Notes: a model not told the origin generated them from the letters alone. Positions 38,045-48,138 are shown, numbered from the stretch's first letter. The stretch: DNA of 64,000 nt from Actinomycetales bacterium (GCA_047974565.1 JBKECN010000019.1:117801-181800), one strand, 5' to 3'. Program-made: numbers and translations.

Positions 38045-38929
38045 TCAGAACAGCGGGATGTCGATCGCATTCACCGAGAAGGTACCGCTCGAGGACGAAC
38101 CACCCTTCTTGCCGCCCCTACCGGTGCCTGGCGAACTCACGGTGTAGCGGTAGGTCCCAGTCGCGGTGGCGGTGAGGTCGAAGAAATCCCCCGGTTCGTA
38201 GGTGAATGTGGCGCCCGGTGCCAGATAGGGGCTGACGCGCTGCCCAGCAACGATGTTCCCGCTCGGGCCGGTGATGACGATGTCGGCGCTCACCGTGGTC
38301 CAGCGACGGCTGGTGTTCGTGACGACGATGCTGCCGGTGCTCACGTGACCAGTACGCGTGGCGTCGCCGGGAGCGAAGATGATGTGCCGCAGGTGGGAGC
38401 CGGACGCTCTGCAGCCGGACTGACTGCACAGGTAATCGGTGATCTCCTTGGCGGCGTATCCTCGGCCGACGGCCGCAGCGACCGTGCCGTTCACCGGCAC
38501 TGCGTAGATGGCGGCGGCTTCGGCCAACGTCGAATCCGGAGTGACGCCGTCGATAGTCGAATAGCCGGACTGGTTCTCAAACTCGAGCACCTCGACCACG
38601 TCGTCGTAGAAGTAGACGACTGTGTACCCACCGCTGCCCGCGTTTGGGATCGCACAGGTCGAGACGTCGGCGCACTGGTCCGCGCCCAACGTCCGCACGA
38701 CATCGGTCTGGGCCATCCCGATCGACAGCCGCTGTGGCAACCCGACTCCCGGGGTCAGGGTGGCATCGGCTGCCGCGTTTGCAGTCGGTGCCGCCGCCAG
38801 TCCGAATACCACAAGGCCCGCCCCCACGGCTCCCGTCCTGAGGAATCCCGTTCTGAGGACTCGTGACGGACGTGCAGATCCGATGTGAGTATTCGCGTGG
38901 GGGCGAGCTGGCAGAGCGGTGCGGCGCAT
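38045..38929 (-). CDS. Secreted hypothetical protein
   Basis: RBS GAGGA, signal peptide ending ANA-AA, two Cys pairs, beta-rich C-terminus. No family recognised. Confidence 0.7.
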   Translation of the reverse strand: MRRTALPARPHANTHIGSARPSRVLRTGFLRTGAVGAGLVVFGLAAAPTANAAADATLTPGVGLPQRLSIGMAQTDVVRTLGADQCADVSTCAIPNAGSGGYTVVYFYDDVVEVLEFENQSGYSTIDGVTPDSTLAEAAAIYAVPVNGTVAAAVGRGYAAKEITDYLCSQSGCRASGSHLRHIIFAPGDATRTGHVSTGSIVVTNTSRRWTTVSADIVITGPSGNIVAGQRVSPYLAPGATFTYEPGDFFDLTATATGTYRYTVSSPGTGRGGKKGGSSSSGTFSVNAIDIPLF

Positions 38930-39342
38930 AGGAGTTGGTTCCTCTCGATGAATGCCTGTGCAGAGCTATCTCTACGCCGGTCCAGCCGCTGAAACACGCT
39001 CTCGAGGTGATCGGTAAGAGGTCGGTAAGGATCGGTGTCGCTGACTTTCTTGGCCTGGCCTTCCTGGAGCACAGACGGCGCGTACCACCACCGGGTGCCC
39101 AGCTGGAAGCAACTGCGCTCGCTGCCGGTGACGCCCGGGCCAGCCCGGCAGGCTCGAGCGTCGCCGTCGACACGTCCACCACCGTCTGTGAGCAGGAGAA
39201 CCGGCCACGTGAGTGGTCGCGCTTCGGGCCGGACATCCAGGCCTCCTCGCCGAGTGGCCACGTCGGGGGACGTCGCGTGGATGCCCACCCAGTCTTGAGC
39301 AGCCGCGCCGGTGCAGCGTCGGTCGGCGGCCCAGCCGCCAGC

Positions 39343-40749
39343 TCATTCCCCGCTGGCGCCCACCTGCCCGCCAACACTCGACGGCTGGGCTGCCGGGGCG
39401 GGTTCACGGCCGGCAGGCTGGCCTGGGCTCATTCCCCTCGCCTCGACGGACACCAGAGTTCGACGATGGGCGGTACTCGCCACGGCGAGCGCGGCCAACA
39501 CAGTGACAACGACGAACGGATGGTCGACAAGCACATTCGCCAGCGGTTCGAGGGGATTCGCCGCAAGCACCCCGACGCGCTCGGCGAACCACGCAGCGGC
39601 CAGCACCAGACCCGTGGCCGCGAGGCCGGTGCGCAGCGCGCCATAGTGGCGGGTCCGGCTGATCGCGATGAGCGATGGCATCACCAGCGCCACCACGAGA
39701 AGTTGGGTCACTTCGACTCCGAGGTTGAAGCCGAGCAGGGTGGCCAGCAGGTGGTCCCGGCCAAGACCCAGATCTGCGAGCAGCGTCGCGAAGGCCAACC
39801 CGTGCAACAGGCCGAATCCACCGGCGATCAGTACCTCGCCTCGATGCACCAGTGGCCGGATCGCGTGGATGGCCGAGACCAGCACGGACAGCGCGATGCC
39901 GGCCTCGACGATCCGAGTGGGCACGTCGACCAACCCGAACGCTCCCAGCGCAAGAGTGAGGGAGTGCCCGACAGCGAAGGCGGTCACGACGTGGACGACG
40001 CGTAGGGTCGCGCGCCGCACCTCCTGACGGCCCGTCCAGCGTCGACCCACCTGGATCAAGGGCGCTGGGAGCAGCAGCATCACGAGAAAGAGCAGATGGT
40101 CACTCCCGGCACCGATGTGATGGATGCCGAGCCCGATGGCCGGGCCGAAACCCTGGGCGCCTGGGTCATTGCCGGCTTCGGCCACCGGTGATTCGGCCGG
40201 TCGAACGGGCACCGAGTCGGTCTGCCACGAGAGCATGGCCAACTCCGTGTAGTCCCCGGTGGCTGCGTACCGCCCGAAGACGAAGATGCGATGCGAGGCA
40301 AGCTTGTCCACGATGGCGTCGTCGTGGAACACGAACGAGCCAACCTGGCCCGAGCTCGGGACAAGCTGTGCCTGCAGGACGAGGTTATCGACGCCGTCCA
40401 CGTTCTCGACGGTGCCGCCGACGACCTGGGTGTGCCAGGTCGAGCCGGGTTCGGCGGGAGTTGCGCCGTCATCGGTCGCGCTCACGTGTCGGGCCACATA
40501 GTCCCGCAGCATGCTCAGCGTGGGTTCGGTCAGAACCGTCTGCGCGGTGAAGTCCTGGCCGAACGCGGTACTCAGCTCGTCCAGTGGGAGCGACACGTCG
40601 GCGTCCACCGCATCGATGCCGACGTCGAGTCGCACCGTGCTGACACTCATCGGGTGCGCCGCCGCCGGGGCGGAAAGACCCACGGCGAGGGCCAACCCGG
40701 CCAGCGCGACGGCCAGCCGGGTCAGCACCTTCGGTATTGAGGTTTTCAC
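39343..40749 (-). CDS. HupE/UreJ-family membrane protein with an N-terminal extracytoplasmic domain
   Basis: Signal peptide ending AAAH-P. HHIGAGSDHLLFL, TAFAVGHSLTL, FGLLHGLAFA and GFNLGVE motifs. Confidence 0.9.
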   Translation of the reverse strand: MKTSIPKVLTRLAVALAGLALAVGLSAPAAAHPMSVSTVRLDVGIDAVDADVSLPLDELSTAFGQDFTAQTVLTEPTLSMLRDYVARHVSATDDGATPAEPGSTWHTQVVGGTVENVDGVDNLVLQAQLVPSSGQVGSFVFHDDAIVDKLASHRIFVFGRYAATGDYTELAMLSWQTDSVPVRPAESPVAEAGNDPGAQGFGPAIGLGIHHIGAGSDHLLFLVMLLLPAPLIQVGRRWTGRQEVRRATLRVVHVVTAFAVGHSLTLALGAFGLVDVPTRIVEAGIALSVLVSAIHAIRPLVHRGEVLIAGGFGLLHGLAFATLLADLGLGRDHLLATLLGFNLGVEVTQLLVVALVMPSLIAISRTRHYGALRTGLAATGLVLAAAWFAERVGVLAANPLEPLANVLVDHPFVVVTVLAALAVASTAHRRTLVSVEARGMSPGQPAGREPAPAAQPSSVGGQVGASGE

Positions 40750-40758
40750 GTCAACACC

Positions 40759-40803
40759 CGATTCACGACCACATTCGATTCACGACGATGCTCGATTCAC
40801 GAC
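40759..40803. repeat. Three direct repeats with 17-bp period just upstream of the HupE/UreJ start
   Basis: CGATTCACGAC at 40759, 40776 and 40793. Confidence 0.8.
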
Positions 40804-40885
40804 GGTTCTCGGTTCGCAATGACGCCCGCTTCCCAACGAGCTGGGTTCGCGGGAACCGCGCCACCGGGGAATCCCGCCTGATCGA

Positions 40886-42043
40886 TCAACTGCTCGGGTT
40901 CGTGCTGCCGTAGTCGTCATTCTTGTCGCGGTACACACCGTGGTAGTGCAGGTCCGGGGTACTGCGACTGCGGGTGTTGACCAGCTCGATCCAGACGCGC
41001 GGGCCATCGATCCGCAGATACGTGCTCTCGCCATCAACGGTGTCGGAGTTCGCGTAGGCCACATAGGTCTCGTCGAGTTGGGACTCGTAGGTACTCATGA
41101 ACGAGGCCGCGAGATCGGAGTTGGCATCGCCGACCCAAGCCTGGATCGCTGCCTGCACCAGCTGCTGCTGATCAGCTGACAGAGAACTCACCTGGATCCC
41201 GGCAGTCTCGGGGAACTCGCCGCTGTCCACCCCCGGTCCCATGAGGATGTCATCGACCGTGGTCGTCAACTGTGCTGTGGCGAGTTGTTCGTCGGTCAGC
41301 GAGTCGAAGACGGCGAAAGCGGTGGTTGCCTTCTCCTTCAAGGGCTCAATGGTCTCATCACCCGAGGTGAAGGTCTTCGGTTCGGTCCCGCTGAAGGCGG
41401 GGGTGATGCTCGCAGTAGTGCCCAGATAGGTGTAGTTGCGGGCCAGGTGATGCCCGCCGAACTGCACCATGAACGGGTCGGTCTCAGACGGCTCACCGAA
41501 GAGGGCGATGTTGTAGTCGACATCGGCGCCGAACGCGTCATTGCCGTCTGCGCTGTTCTGGTTGAGCCAGTCGTCGGCCGCACGAATCGCCTCGACCTGC
41601 TCGTAGCCCTGCTCCGATGACATCGTCTCGACCAGCGCCAGCGCGGCAGCCCGGGACGTGTCATCGAGATCTGTCAACGAGACGCCCATTCGCGGCACCG
41701 TCTGCGTCGGGAAGTTCGACCACGTCTGCCGGGACTCATTATCGGAGAAGTCATAGGTCACGCTCTCCTTGGTGCTCTCGTCGAGCGTATCCAGGAAGGC
41801 ATTCGCGGCCGCCACGACCTCGGCAGTATTCGCGTCCGCACCGTTCTCGCCGTCCGTGTTGAGGTCTTGCGCGGTGAAGGTCTGCATACCTCCCCCCTGG
41901 CCGGGGCCGCCCGAGTCAGAACTACTCGAACTGCTGGTTGAGCTGGAACTGGAGTCCGTGGTGTCGGTAGCGCAAGCGGCCATCGATGTGATGAGCGCTG
42001 CACCGATCAGAGGCGTTGCGATTGAGCGGGAGATGCGTCTCAT
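40886..42043 (-). CDS. DUF3500-family lipoprotein
   Basis: MAAC lipobox, Ser-rich linker, WSNFP, QFGGHHLA, YLRIDGP-x-VWIE and HYHGVYRD motifs. Confidence 0.87.
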   Translation of the reverse strand: MRRISRSIATPLIGAALITSMAACATDTTDSSSSSTSSSSSSDSGGPGQGGGMQTFTAQDLNTDGENGADANTAEVVAAANAFLDTLDESTKESVTYDFSDNESRQTWSNFPTQTVPRMGVSLTDLDDTSRAAALALVETMSSEQGYEQVEAIRAADDWLNQNSADGNDAFGADVDYNIALFGEPSETDPFMVQFGGHHLARNYTYLGTTASITPAFSGTEPKTFTSGDETIEPLKEKATTAFAVFDSLTDEQLATAQLTTTVDDILMGPGVDSGEFPETAGIQVSSLSADQQQLVQAAIQAWVGDANSDLAASFMSTYESQLDETYVAYANSDTVDGESTYLRIDGPRVWIELVNTRSRSTPDLHYHGVYRDKNDDYGSTNPSS

Positions 42044-42113
42044 GAAGCGTTCTGTTCCTTCACGTTCTGGGTCTGTCGACCTATCGGGCGGGCTGATGCT
42101 TCGAGCGCGCCGC

Positions 42114-42146
42114 AGGCTAACGAGCCTTCCTGTGAAGAATCTGTGT
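42114..42146 (-). promoter_or_regulatory. OmpR/PhoP-type direct repeat plus -10 element for the DUF3500 operon
   Basis: Minus strand reads ACACAG-ATTCT-TCACAG (11-bp period), then 10 nt, then TAGCCT. Confidence 0.5.
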
Positions 42147-42249
42147 ATTCCGGACAGGATGAGCTTTCCGGAGGAACCCGCGGGAAAGCGGGGAGCAGGC
42201 TGGGAAGCAGGGAGCGGCGTCGGCTCCGCTAGACCTCCGGGTGCGCATT

Positions 42250-42480
42250 GCGAGTCTCATTGGCCTACGCCGGGCCACCGCCCAGCGCGTCGGCACACTC
42301 GCTCGCCAGCGCCGGGCAACCCGGTGCACCGTGCGACTCTCACTGGCCATGCGCCGGGGCACCCGACGCACCATGCGACTCCCACTCGCCAGCGCCGGGG
42401 CACCCGACGCACCATGCGACACTCACTGGCCAGCGCCGGGGCACCCGACGCACCATGCGACACTCACCCGCCAGCACTGG
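42250..42480. repeat. Intergenic tandem repeat, about 41 bp x5
   Basis: GCGACACTCACTGGCCAGCGCCGGGGCACCCGACGCACCAT-like units, degenerating leftwards, with no unique spacers. Confidence 0.88.
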
Positions 42481-42509
42481 GCCTCGCGGTCACCCGGCCA
42501 CTCACTGCC

Positions 42510-43460
42510 CTACGTCGCGACTCCAGGCCCGCGCTGCGCCTCGATGGCCGTGGCGAGTTCGACCAGTCTGCGGCCTGCCGTACCGAGGTCACGCTCCCGC
42601 GCCCAGACCGCGCGCAGCGGACGCTCGACCAGCAGGCCGTCCACCATCACCGCCCGCAGTTCACCCGCCGCGACAGCAGCCTGCACCGCGTGCTCGCTGA
42701 GCACCGCCGGCCCCACCCCGGAGGCGACCGCGACCCGCACTGCGGCGTTGCTGGCCAGCTCCATCCGGGGCGGGGCCAAGCCCAGGCCCCTGGTGGCCTG
42801 CTCGAAGGTCACCCGGGTGCCTGACCCTCGCTCGCGCACCACCAGCCGAGTGGCAGCCAACTCATCCAACCCCACCGGGCGCGTCCGCCGGGCCCACTCG
42901 TGCCCCGGAGCGACCACGACCACGAGCCGGTCGGTGGCCACCACGACACTGTCCACCTCGACCGCGATGCTGCTGGGCAGATCCGGGCTCTCGATGAAGC
43001 CGAGCGCGCCACGGGACACCAGCCGCCCCACCTCGCTGGAGTTGCCAACCGTCAAGGTGGTCCCCACCTCGGGTTGTTCCAGGCTCAGCGCGGCGAGCCA
43101 ACGCGGAAGCAGGTCCTCGGCGATCGTCTGGCTGGCGGCCACCTGAAGCTGACCAGGCGAGTCGTCCGCGAGCGCCTGCACCCCGGCGAGCAGGCGCCGG
43201 TTGGCCTCCAGGACGATCCGGGCCCAGTCGACCACCAGCCCGCCGTGCTCGGTGAGGGTGCTGCCGCGAGTGTCCCGGTGCACCAGCTGCAGCCGCAGAT
43301 CGCGCTCCAGTCGGCGCAGCGATCGGGTGGCGTTGGGCTGGGCCATGCCCAACGCGCGAGCCGCCGCGCCTACCCCGCCGTGTTCGGCGAGTGCGACGAG
43401 AACTGCGAGATCACCAACGTGCGGCAATCGGTTGAGTGGGAGCGACGTCGAGCAAGTCAT
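42510..43460 (-). CDS. LysR-family regulator (CysL/YeiE-like)
   Basis: HTH GVGAAARALGMAQPNAT...LERDL, AASQTIAE, VTVGNS-like segment and RERGSGTR. Divergent from a YeiH gene. Confidence 0.93.
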   Translation of the reverse strand: MTCSTSLPLNRLPHVGDLAVLVALAEHGGVGAAARALGMAQPNATRSLRRLERDLRLQLVHRDTRGSTLTEHGGLVVDWARIVLEANRRLLAGVQALADDSPGQLQVAASQTIAEDLLPRWLAALSLEQPEVGTTLTVGNSSEVGRLVSRGALGFIESPDLPSSIAVEVDSVVVATDRLVVVVAPGHEWARRTRPVGLDELAATRLVVRERGSGTRVTFEQATRGLGLAPPRMELASNAAVRVAVASGVGPAVLSEHAVQAAVAAGELRAVMVDGLLVERPLRAVWARERDLGTAGRRLVELATAIEAQRGPGVAT

Positions 43461-43474
43461 ACACCAATGATATG
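43458..43474. promoter_or_regulatory. LysR T-N11-A box
   Basis: CATA-CACCAATGA-TATG dyad between the divergent LysR and YeiH genes. Confidence 0.55.
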
Positions 43475-43531
43475 TCTTCGATGCCATATTGATGTCTTCT
43501 CAGATATGAGTCGAACGACGACAGTGGAGTC

Positions 43532-44632
43532 ATGGCAAGCATCGTCACTCCCCAGCCCACGTCCTCGCCCAGTCCGCGTGACCCGGGGGCTCCGGCGATC
43601 ACCCGCGGGGCCGTGCAGTGGCGCGGACTGGTCACCCGAGGCGCGTCCGTCGTTCCCGGCGTCGGCGTCGCCTTGGCCGCAGCCGCGGTGGCCACTGCCT
43701 TCACCCTGGCGGTACCGGCCGTCAGCCCGCTGCTGGGGGCGATGCTGCTCGGAGTGCTCGTCGGCAACCTCACCGGCATCGGGGTGCGGATGCCGCAGCG
43801 ACTGGCCCCGGGCATGGCGGTGGCGGCTCGCACGCTACTGCGCCTGGGTATCGTGCTGCTCGGTCTGCGGCTGGTCCTCCCCGACGTGCTGGCGCTGGGC
43901 TGGCCCGTGCTGCTCGGAGTAATCGGCGTGGTGGGCGGCGGGATCGCATTCACCCTGCTGGTGAGCCGGGCGCTGCGGATCGAGCCGGCCCTGGGCTTGC
44001 GGATCGCCTGCGGCTTCTCGATCTGTGGTGCCGCCGCCGTCGCTGCGGTAGACGCAGCCCAGTCTCGTCGCGAGCCGCGCCACACTGCCACCGCTGTGAC
44101 GCTCGTGGTGATCTTCGGATCGATCATGATCGTCGCGATGCCCGCCCTGGCCGTGGCCCTACACCTGGACCAGCGCACGGCTGGGGCTTGGACCGGGGCC
44201 AGCGTGCACGAGGTGGCCCAAGTGGTCGCCGCCGGCGCCATCATCGGCGGACCTGCGCTCAAGGTCGCGGTCGTGGTCAAGCTGGCCCGGGTGCTCATGC
44301 TCGCCCCGGTGCTGGCGGTACTCGGCTGGCTGGAGCGGTCCGCCGCGTCCGATCAGGCGGCTTCGGGAGCGCGGCGCCCGCCGCTGGTACCGGGATTCGT
44401 GCTGGGCTTCCTGGCCATGGTGGCGCTGGCCAGCTTCGGCGTGGTGCCGACATCCGTGCTGGCTGCGGCTGGCATCGCGCAGTCACTGCTGCTGGGCGCG
44501 GCGATGTTCGCACTCGGCGTCACCGTGCACTGGACGGTGCTGCGGAACGTGGGGGGCCGCCCGGTGCTGCTGGCGGCGGTGTCAACGATCATCGTCCTGC
44601 TGCTCGGTCTGGGAACAGCCGTCCTCGCCTGA
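43532..44632 (+). CDS. YeiH-family putative sulfate exporter
   Basis: LLRLGIVLLG, GFSICGAAAV, SVHEVAQVVA, VKLARV and AMFALG motifs. Confidence 0.93.
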   Translation: MASIVTPQPTSSPSPRDPGAPAITRGAVQWRGLVTRGASVVPGVGVALAAAAVATAFTLAVPAVSPLLGAMLLGVLVGNLTGIGVRMPQRLAPGMAVAARTLLRLGIVLLGLRLVLPDVLALGWPVLLGVIGVVGGGIAFTLLVSRALRIEPALGLRIACGFSICGAAAVAAVDAAQSRREPRHTATAVTLVVIFGSIMIVAMPALAVALHLDQRTAGAWTGASVHEVAQVVAAGAIIGGPALKVAVVVKLARVLMLAPVLAVLGWLERSAASDQAASGARRPPLVPGFVLGFLAMVALASFGVVPTSVLAAAGIAQSLLLGAAMFALGVTVHWTVLRNVGGRPVLLAAVSTIIVLLLGLGTAVLA

Positions 44633-44846
44633 GTGTCAGGCGCCGAGGGCGCATCAGTCACTGCCGCAGGGTCAACGCGGGCAGGTCCTCGGGTGAACGA
44701 CCAGTCCCTTCGGAGAAGCCTCGGGATCATCCACGCACGTCGTGCCTGGAACTCCGAACCGCGCACTTTGGGTCAAGATGGGTCCTAAGCGAGTCATAGA
44801 CAGCAAGTCTCATTTCGATGGGGCAAAGACCCTTGTAGACCATCGA

Positions 44847-44869
44847 TTGTCAGTGCCCGTTGGTACGTT
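44847..44869 (+). promoter_or_regulatory. RecA-NDp / PafBC-type DNA-damage promoter
   Basis: TTGTCAGTG-N8-TACGTT matches tTGTCRgtg-N8-TAnnnT. The ATG follows 6 nt later (leaderless). Confidence 0.7.
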
Positions 44870-44875
44870 CGTTCT

Positions 44876-47320
44876 ATGGAAGACCACGGTGGTTGCAGCC
44901 CGGCGCCAGCCGACGCCGGCACCGGCCTGCCATCGGCCGGCCAGGCCGAAGCTGACCCGACACCACCCAGCAGTCCCGGCGCCGGCCTGCCATCGGCTGG
45001 CCAGGCCGAAGTTGACCCGACACCACCCAGCAGTCCCGGCGCCGGCCTGCCATCGGCCTGCCTGGCCACCACCGACGCGACGGCGCCCAGCGAGGCTGAC
45101 GCTGCTCTCCAACACCCTTCGGGCGCGTCTGCCACTCGAGCGCCCGGCCTCGATGACGGTTGGTGGGCGGTGCCGGGCTGCGAGCCGCCCGAAGCGGCGC
45201 GAGACATCCCGCTGGCCGAGTCAGGCCATCCAGTGGCCGAGCAGCTGATCTGCCTCGATCGGACAGTTGGCCACCTCGCCGATTCCACCTCAGAGATGGG
45301 CGGCTTGACGGCGGGGCATGTCCGCGAGGCGCTGGTCACGCTCGACCGGCAGGCGCGACGGATCGAGAGCATCCGGTTGGCCTTCGTGCGCGCCAGCCTC
45401 GATCACGAACCGGACGGTCAAGCCCATGGCCGGGCTACCCGAGCCGTCCTGGCCGACCGGTGCTCCCGCGACCGCGGAGCGGCACGCGCTGACGTCCGGG
45501 CCGCCGAGCTGATCCATCCTGAACACGGAATCCTGAGGGGGTTCGGCGCCGCCCTAGCCGCGGGCGAGGTGTCCGCCGCGCATCTGGACGTCGCCCGCAA
45601 GGTGGTCGCCAAACTGCCCGCCGCCATCCTGGACGCCCATCGTGAACAGATCGATGCCGTGCTGACCGAGCATGCTCGACGCTGGTCACCCCGGCTCTGC
45701 GCGGGCCTGGCCGAGCACCTGCTGGAGGTGGTCGATCCCGATCGCGCCGATCGCCGGTACCGGGACGCATGCGCCCGGCGAGGGCTGAGCGTGGCCACCG
45801 ATGCCTTCGGGATGACCGTGCTGCGAGGCCAGCTCGACCCTGATGCTGGGTTGGAGTTCACCGCCGTGCTCGACCATCTCCTTGCCCTTGACCGCGCCCG
45901 ACCCGACCTCGTGACGACCGATACCGCCACCCCTGACACTGTCACCCCTGACACTTCCGTTACTGACACTGGCACCGCGCAGGCACCCGGTGGAGTCACC
46001 AGCCCCCCGACGCCAGGGCACGACGCCGCTGACCCGGGCGCCCCCGATCACACCGCACCCGACGCCGGCTCCACCGATGACGACGCTGTCGCCGCCAGCC
46101 TCCTCGACACCAGGACCCCGGCCCAACGTCGGGCCGACGCGCTGGTGCGGATGGCTCAGTTGGCGGCCGAGCAGCTCGCCCTCGTGTTCGACGAGAAGGG
46201 CCTCCCCCGCACTGACGGCCCCGGAGGAGCCATCAACCAGCGCCCAGCCCGCAGCGTCCCGCACGTGAGTATCACCCTCACCCAGGGTCACGTCGACGCC
46301 ACATCGAAGCAGCCGATGGGCAGACACGATGTGGACAGCCGGCCCTCAAACACGCAGGGCGCCAGCGTCTTCGCCACGCCAGGTGAGACGGACAACACCG
46401 GCCAACCCACTCCGAGGTTCGCCGACGCCCGATGCGACTGCGCCCATCAGTCCCCCGGTGACGTGGAGCCCATCGACCTGGACCCAATCGACCTGGACTC
46501 CACCAGCCCTGACATGCTCAACGGGCACACCATCGACCGGCACACGATCGACGGGCACACCACCGACCGGCACGCCACCGACGGCCACGCCACCGACCGG
46601 GACCCGGTCGGCAGGCACGCAATCAACAGGCACGCCACCGACGAAGGCGCGAGCCCCGAGCCCGCGATCAGCGGGCGCCAGCTCGACCAGCACACGTTCG
46701 ATAAGCAAGCCACGACTGAAGTTCGCCGCCGGACCCACAGCCCGGACTGCTCGGCTCGGCGTGCGGGCGGACCAGTGGCCTGGGCCGTTCTCAGACCAGA
46801 ATCCCAACCCTGGGCCGTGCTCGGGCCAGAATCCCAACCTCTCCCGGCCGCCCTGCTCGGGCGAGCGCTCTGCGACGCCGTTCTGGACTATGTCACCCGA
46901 TCCGGCACCGGGCGGGTCCTCTCGATGCACACCACCGGCCGGCTCGCGACCCCGGCCCAAGCCACCGCGGTCGCCGCGCGAGACGGAGGATGCGTCTTCC
47001 CCGGCTGCGCCGCGCCACCGTCCATGTGTCAGGTCCACCACGTGCGGTTCTGGTCTGACGGCGGACCCACCCACATCGACAACCTCGCATTATTGTGTTG
47101 GCGACATCATCAGGTGATTCATCATGCCCAGGGGGACAGCCGGCGAGATGGCTGGCGCCTGATCATGCGGGACGGTCTTGCGTACGCGATCCCGCCGGCC
47201 CACATCGACCCCGATCAGCGTCCGATTCGCAACACGCTCCGGCAAGCGATCGACGAAACACGGGCGATGGCGATCCAACTCACCATGGACGTCGCGCAAC
47301 GGGAACACCCACCACCATGA
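44876..47320 (+). CDS. DUF222 + HNH endonuclease (REP13E12-like)
   Basis: ALAAGEVS-x-x-H, DTRTPAQRRADAL and RDGGCVFPGC...CQVHHV...GGPT-x-IDNL-x-LLCWRHH. Repetitive low-complexity inserts. Confidence 0.92.
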   Translation: MEDHGGCSPAPADAGTGLPSAGQAEADPTPPSSPGAGLPSAGQAEVDPTPPSSPGAGLPSACLATTDATAPSEADAALQHPSGASATRAPGLDDGWWAVPGCEPPEAARDIPLAESGHPVAEQLICLDRTVGHLADSTSEMGGLTAGHVREALVTLDRQARRIESIRLAFVRASLDHEPDGQAHGRATRAVLADRCSRDRGAARADVRAAELIHPEHGILRGFGAALAAGEVSAAHLDVARKVVAKLPAAILDAHREQIDAVLTEHARRWSPRLCAGLAEHLLEVVDPDRADRRYRDACARRGLSVATDAFGMTVLRGQLDPDAGLEFTAVLDHLLALDRARPDLVTTDTATPDTVTPDTSVTDTGTAQAPGGVTSPPTPGHDAADPGAPDHTAPDAGSTDDDAVAASLLDTRTPAQRRADALVRMAQLAAEQLALVFDEKGLPRTDGPGGAINQRPARSVPHVSITLTQGHVDATSKQPMGRHDVDSRPSNTQGASVFATPGETDNTGQPTPRFADARCDCAHQSPGDVEPIDLDPIDLDSTSPDMLNGHTIDRHTIDGHTTDRHATDGHATDRDPVGRHAINRHATDEGASPEPAISGRQLDQHTFDKQATTEVRRRTHSPDCSARRAGGPVAWAVLRPESQPWAVLGPESQPLPAALLGRALCDAVLDYVTRSGTGRVLSMHTTGRLATPAQATAVAARDGGCVFPGCAAPPSMCQVHHVRFWSDGGPTHIDNLALLCWRHHQVIHHAQGDSRRDGWRLIMRDGLAYAIPPAHIDPDQRPIRNTLRQAIDETRAMAIQLTMDVAQREHPPP

Positions 47321-47361
47321 GTGGTCGACAGCGCCAGGCCGCCGGCGCAACCTCAAGGCGG

Positions 47362-48120
47362 TCAGCCGAGCCGGTGACGAATCGCCTTCGCCGCCGCCTC
47401 GGGGTCATCGGCCTGCGTGACGGCGCGCACCACCACGACCCGGCGGGCACCTGCGTCGACGACATCGGCGAGCCGGTCCAGGTCGATTCCACCGATCGCG
47501 AACCAGGGCTTGTCGGTTCCGGTCGCTGCTGCCGCCCGGACCAGGTCCAGCCCCACCGCCGCCCGTCCCGGCTTGGTCGGGGTCGCCCACACCGGGCCGA
47601 CGCAGAAGTAGTCCACCTGCGGGTCCGCGTCGGCCGCCGCGAGTTGCTCGGTCGAGTGCGTGGACCGCCCGATCACCGCGTGCGGCGCGACGAGACCCCC
47701 TTGCTCGGGTGTCAGGTCCTGTTGGCCAAGGTGCAGAACCGGGGCACCCGCGACCCTGGCCAGATCCGCCCGGTCATTGACGGCGATCAGCGCCCCGGCC
47801 CGCTCAGCCTCGGTGGCCACCACCTCCAGGGCGGTCAGCTCCTCCTCGGCCTGCAGTCCCTTCTCCCGGATCTGCAGAATGTCCACTCCCCCGGCGAACG
47901 CGGCCGCCGCGAACTCGGCCAAGTCCCCCCGATCTCGCCGGATGTCGGTGCACACGTACAACAGGCTTCGGGCCAGCCGCTCACGGGCCTGGCGCTCACG
48001 GGCCAGCCGCTCACGGGCCTGGCGCTCACGGGCCTGGCGCTCACCGGTCTGGCGCTCACGGGCCTGGCGCTCACGGATCTGGGCGCGTCGGTGGACGGGG
48101 TCGTCGCGGGAATCCTGCAC
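47362..48120 (-). CDS. thiE: Thiamine-phosphate synthase
   Basis: LQIREK, VNDR-x-[24 protein letters not shown] and FAIGGI motifs. N-terminal RER(Q/L)A repeats. Confidence 0.95.
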   Translation of the reverse strand: MQDSRDDPVHRRAQIRERQARERQTGERQARERQARERLARERQARERLARSLLYVCTDIRRDRGDLAEFAAAAFAGGVDILQIREKGLQAEEELTALEVVATEAERAGALIAVNDRADLARVAGAPVLHLGQQDLTPEQGGLVAPHAVIGRSTHSTEQLAAADADPQVDYFCVGPVWATPTKPGRAAVGLDLVRAAAATGTDKPWFAIGGIDLDRLADVVDAGARRVVVVRAVTQADDPEAAAKAIRHRLG

Positions 48121-48138
48121 GCCGATACGCTAGTGGGC

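Noticed and set aside
38935-40005. 356-aa plus-strand ORF and the 38755-39288 minus-strand ORF
   Set aside because: They are largely antisense or off-frame to real genes and have no motifs. The 38930-39340 gap may hold a decayed gene fragment, but I cannot support a call.
42250-42480. Possible CRISPR array
   Set aside because: The units are contiguous and near-identical along their whole length, with no unique spacers. It is a VNTR.
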